The notes below the pieces were generated by a model. That model saw only the letters and a list, made by a program, of their open reading frames with translations, ran no database searches and was not told where the DNA came from. A program made the translations under genes and the position numbers. From Fibrobacteria bacterium (GTDB taxonomy: Bacteria; Fibrobacterota; Fibrobacteria; UBA11236), in the NCBI GenBank assembly GCA_043745805.1, contig JAYTSD010000046.1, positions 32,001 through 96,000 on the forward strand: a stretch of DNA of 64,000 bases, in the 5' to 3' direction. The first letter of the stretch is position 1; each line of letters starts with the position of its first letter. Shown one piece after another: positions 61,925-64,000 of this stretch.

Positions 61925-62290
61925 CTAGTCCTTTTTGCTTTTCTTAATCTTTTCAAGAAATTCGTCTTGAATCCATGAAAAAGCCGCCACTGCGGCAGGC
62001 ATTCCAATGGTTCCGGTGGCGAGGGCAACCACTTGTTCCAAATCTTTTTTGGCAATCCCTAAATCGCGGGCTTTACGCACGCTGGCATGGGAAGCACCGC
62101 TTTGGCCGGCTCCAATGGCAATTCCAAATTTAATCAGGCGTTGAGTTTTGTCATCGAGCGATCCCTCTTGACCCTCTTCCGCAATGGCTTTCCAAGCTTG
62201 ACCGAGTTTGGGGAAGCGGGAAATGAAATCCTGATGCACTTGGGGTGGTTTGGATTTCTTAAGGGAATTTTTAGGTGTTTTTTTACTCAT
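61925..62290 (-). CDS. Carboxymuconolactone decarboxylase (AhpD-like) family protein without CxxC
   Basis: G.LDDKTQRLIK..IA, SVRKA..G....EQV..LA..TIGMPAA. Confidence 0.8.
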   Translation of the reverse strand: MSKKTPKNSLKKSKPPQVHQDFISRFPKLGQAWKAIAEEGQEGSLDDKTQRLIKFGIAIGAGQSGASHASVRKARDLGIAKKDLEQVVALATGTIGMPAAVAAFSWIQDEFLEKIKKSKKD

Positions 62291-62397
62291 AAGTTCTCCG
62301 AGGAAAAATCTCTTTAATCAAATTAGCCAAATGCGAAAGAAGTGAGGGAGAAGCGGGCAGGGTTTTTTACTTTTAAGCCTTGTTGAAGGAAAAAACT

Positions 62398-63837
62398 ATG
62401 AGTTCATATCAAAATTACGAGAATCCCCTTTTAAAACGCTATGCTTCACGCAAAATGAGTTTTATTTTTTCTCCCCAATTCAAATTCCAAACTTGGCGCA
62501 AGTTGTGGATTTATTTGGCAGACACCGAAAAAGAATTAGGCTTAAATATTACGCAAGAGCAAATTGACGAATTACAAAAATTCGCGACCGATATAAATTT
62601 TGCCGAAGCCGAAGCTCGCGAAAAAGTGGTGCGCCACGATGTAATGTCTCATGTACATGCTTATGGTTTACAATGCCCTAAAGCAGCTGGTATTATTCAC
62701 TTGGGAGCCACCTCGGCTTATGTGACGGATAATACCGATTTACTGCAAATGAAAGAAGCTTTGCAATATGCCTTAGCCCGTACCTTGCGAGTTATCGATG
62801 CCTTGTCCATTTTCGCATTAGAATATAAAGATTTACCGACTTTAGGTTTTACCCATTTTCAACCTGCGCAATTAACTACGGTGGGCAAACGTGCTTGCTT
62901 GTGGATTCAAGAGCTTTTGCTCGATGTGGAAGAAATGGAATTTCTTTTGCAGACCTTGCCATTCCTAGGTGTTAAAGGCACCACGGGTACGCAAGCGAGC
63001 TTTTTAGAATTATTCGATGGCGATCATGAAAAAGTAAAAGAATTAGACAAGCGAGTAACCCATAAAGCTGGTTTTACCCGTAGCTTAACGGTTGCTGGAC
63101 AAACTTATACGCGTAAACTTGATGCCAAGGTTTTATCCTGTTTATCTAATTTGGCGCAGTCTCTCGCAAAATTTTCAACCGACTTACGTCTGCTGCAAAG
63201 TTTAAAAGAAGTAGAAGAGCCTTTTGAAAAAGATCAAATTGGATCTTCGGCAATGGCTTATAAACGCAATCCTATGCGTGCCGAGCGTATTGGCTCGCTA
63301 AGCCGTTTTGTCCAAGCCCTAGGAGCCAGTGTAGATTTTACGGCTTCGACGCAATGGTTTGAACGCACACTCGATGATTCGGCGAATAAGCGTTTAGCCG
63401 TGCCACAAGCATTTTTGGCTATTGATGCCATGCTGATTATTTCCGAGAATGTGTCTAAAGGTTTAGTGGTATATCCCAAAATGATTGAGCGGCATATTCT
63501 TGCAGAGTTACCTTTTATGGCTACCGAAAATATTATAATGGCAGGTGTGAAAAAAGGCGGTAACCGGCAGGATTTACATGAATCCATTCGCACTCATTCC
63601 ATGGCCGCCGCGAAGAATGTTAAAGATTTAGGTTTAGATAATGATTTAATGCAACGTATCGCGCGAGATACGTCATTTGGCTTAACGCAAGCCGAGTTGG
63701 ATAAATTACTGGACGCACGTTTATTTGTAGGCCGCTCACCCGAAATTACGCAAGAATTTTTGACCAACGAAGTAAAGCCTTTACTCGCTCGCCTGGGTGG
63801 ATGGCAAAATATTGAAGAGGAAGAATTACGTGTTTAA
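62398..63837 (+). CDS. purB: Adenylosuccinate lyase
   Basis: RHDVMSH, IHLGATS, GFTHFQPAQ, GSSAMAYKRNP, QWFERTLDDSA; track start 62380. Confidence 0.96.
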   Translation: MSSYQNYENPLLKRYASRKMSFIFSPQFKFQTWRKLWIYLADTEKELGLNITQEQIDELQKFATDINFAEAEAREKVVRHDVMSHVHAYGLQCPKAAGIIHLGATSAYVTDNTDLLQMKEALQYALARTLRVIDALSIFALEYKDLPTLGFTHFQPAQLTTVGKRACLWIQELLLDVEEMEFLLQTLPFLGVKGTTGTQASFLELFDGDHEKVKELDKRVTHKAGFTRSLTVAGQTYTRKLDAKVLSCLSNLAQSLAKFSTDLRLLQSLKEVEEPFEKDQIGSSAMAYKRNPMRAERIGSLSRFVQALGASVDFTASTQWFERTLDDSANKRLAVPQAFLAIDAMLIISENVSKGLVVYPKMIERHILAELPFMATENIIMAGVKKGGNRQDLHESIRTHSMAAAKNVKDLGLDNDLMQRIARDTSFGLTQAELDKLLDARLFVGRSPEITQEFLTNEVKPLLARLGGWQNIEEEELRV

Positions 63838-63851
63838 GTGAAACTTGGCTA

Positions 63852-63896
63852 TTTTTCTTACAGATCACCAATGGGATTGCAAATCTGTAAGAAAAA
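63852..63896. terminator. 14-bp inverted repeat after purB, probable terminator
   Basis: TTTTTCTTACAGAT..ATCTGTAAGAAAAA. Confidence 0.55.
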
Positions 63897-63897
63897 A

Positions 63898-63999
63898 CTA
63901 AAGGTTTTTAATAACGCCGCCCTTGTACGCAGAACCATAGCCAATAGAATCATTAACATTAATAGTATCGCCATTATATACCGCTGTGATGGAAAGTAG
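63898..63999 (-). CDS. Possible 3' end of a convergent gene entering from beyond the window
   Basis: Open frame LLSITAVYNGDTINVNDSIGYGSAYKGGVIKNL* stops next to the hairpin; a second minus frame is also open. Confidence 0.35.
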   Translation of the reverse strand, partial: LLSITAVYNGDTINVNDSIGYGSAYKGGVIKNL

Positions 64000-64000
64000 T

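Overview
AT-rich bacterial chromosomal window with about 55 CDS, mostly housekeeping. I found no rRNA, tRNA, CRISPR array or recognisable IS/prophage. Gene content suggests an FCB-group organism, most likely an O2-tolerant Fibrobacterota lineage (inference): secreted proteins with Por/T9SS-like CTD modules, lineage-specific beta-barrels, and oxygen-dependent hemF. Core content: mscS, TerC family, lgt, hemF, a Kir-type K+ channel, cysDNC, HD-GYP, xerC, a PAS-GAF-SpoIIE phosphatase, hisC, apbE-NusG-II-Gx, queEC, a TPP riboswitch with thiC, an ABC exporter, ilvBN, radC, tpx, ccsA-hemACDL, dnaX-ybaB, hslO, DJ-1, tauE, a hybrid kinase, moeA-moaA, CymR-like rrf2-cysH-cysK-moeB and purB. Most notable: (1) an AAA_14/DUF4143 ATPase-nuclease gene bracketed by identical 36-bp direct repeats built from 31-bp palindrome-containing units, a candidate minimal mobile or self-regulating cassette; (2) a secreted DUF1080 (3-ketoglycoside hydrolase-like) gene followed by three tandem paralogous uncharacterised outer-membrane proteins, a candidate SusC/D-independent glycan uptake locus; (3) an A11 run in dnaX with early stops in both shifted frames, suggesting tau/gamma recoding; (4) a 21-bp palindrome shared by the cysD and rrf2 upstream regions about 50 kb apart; (5) a duplicated pair of secreted non-catalytic proteins with an internal CTD-like module that also share an upstream motif and terminator stem. 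All calls come from reading the sequence; no searches were run.
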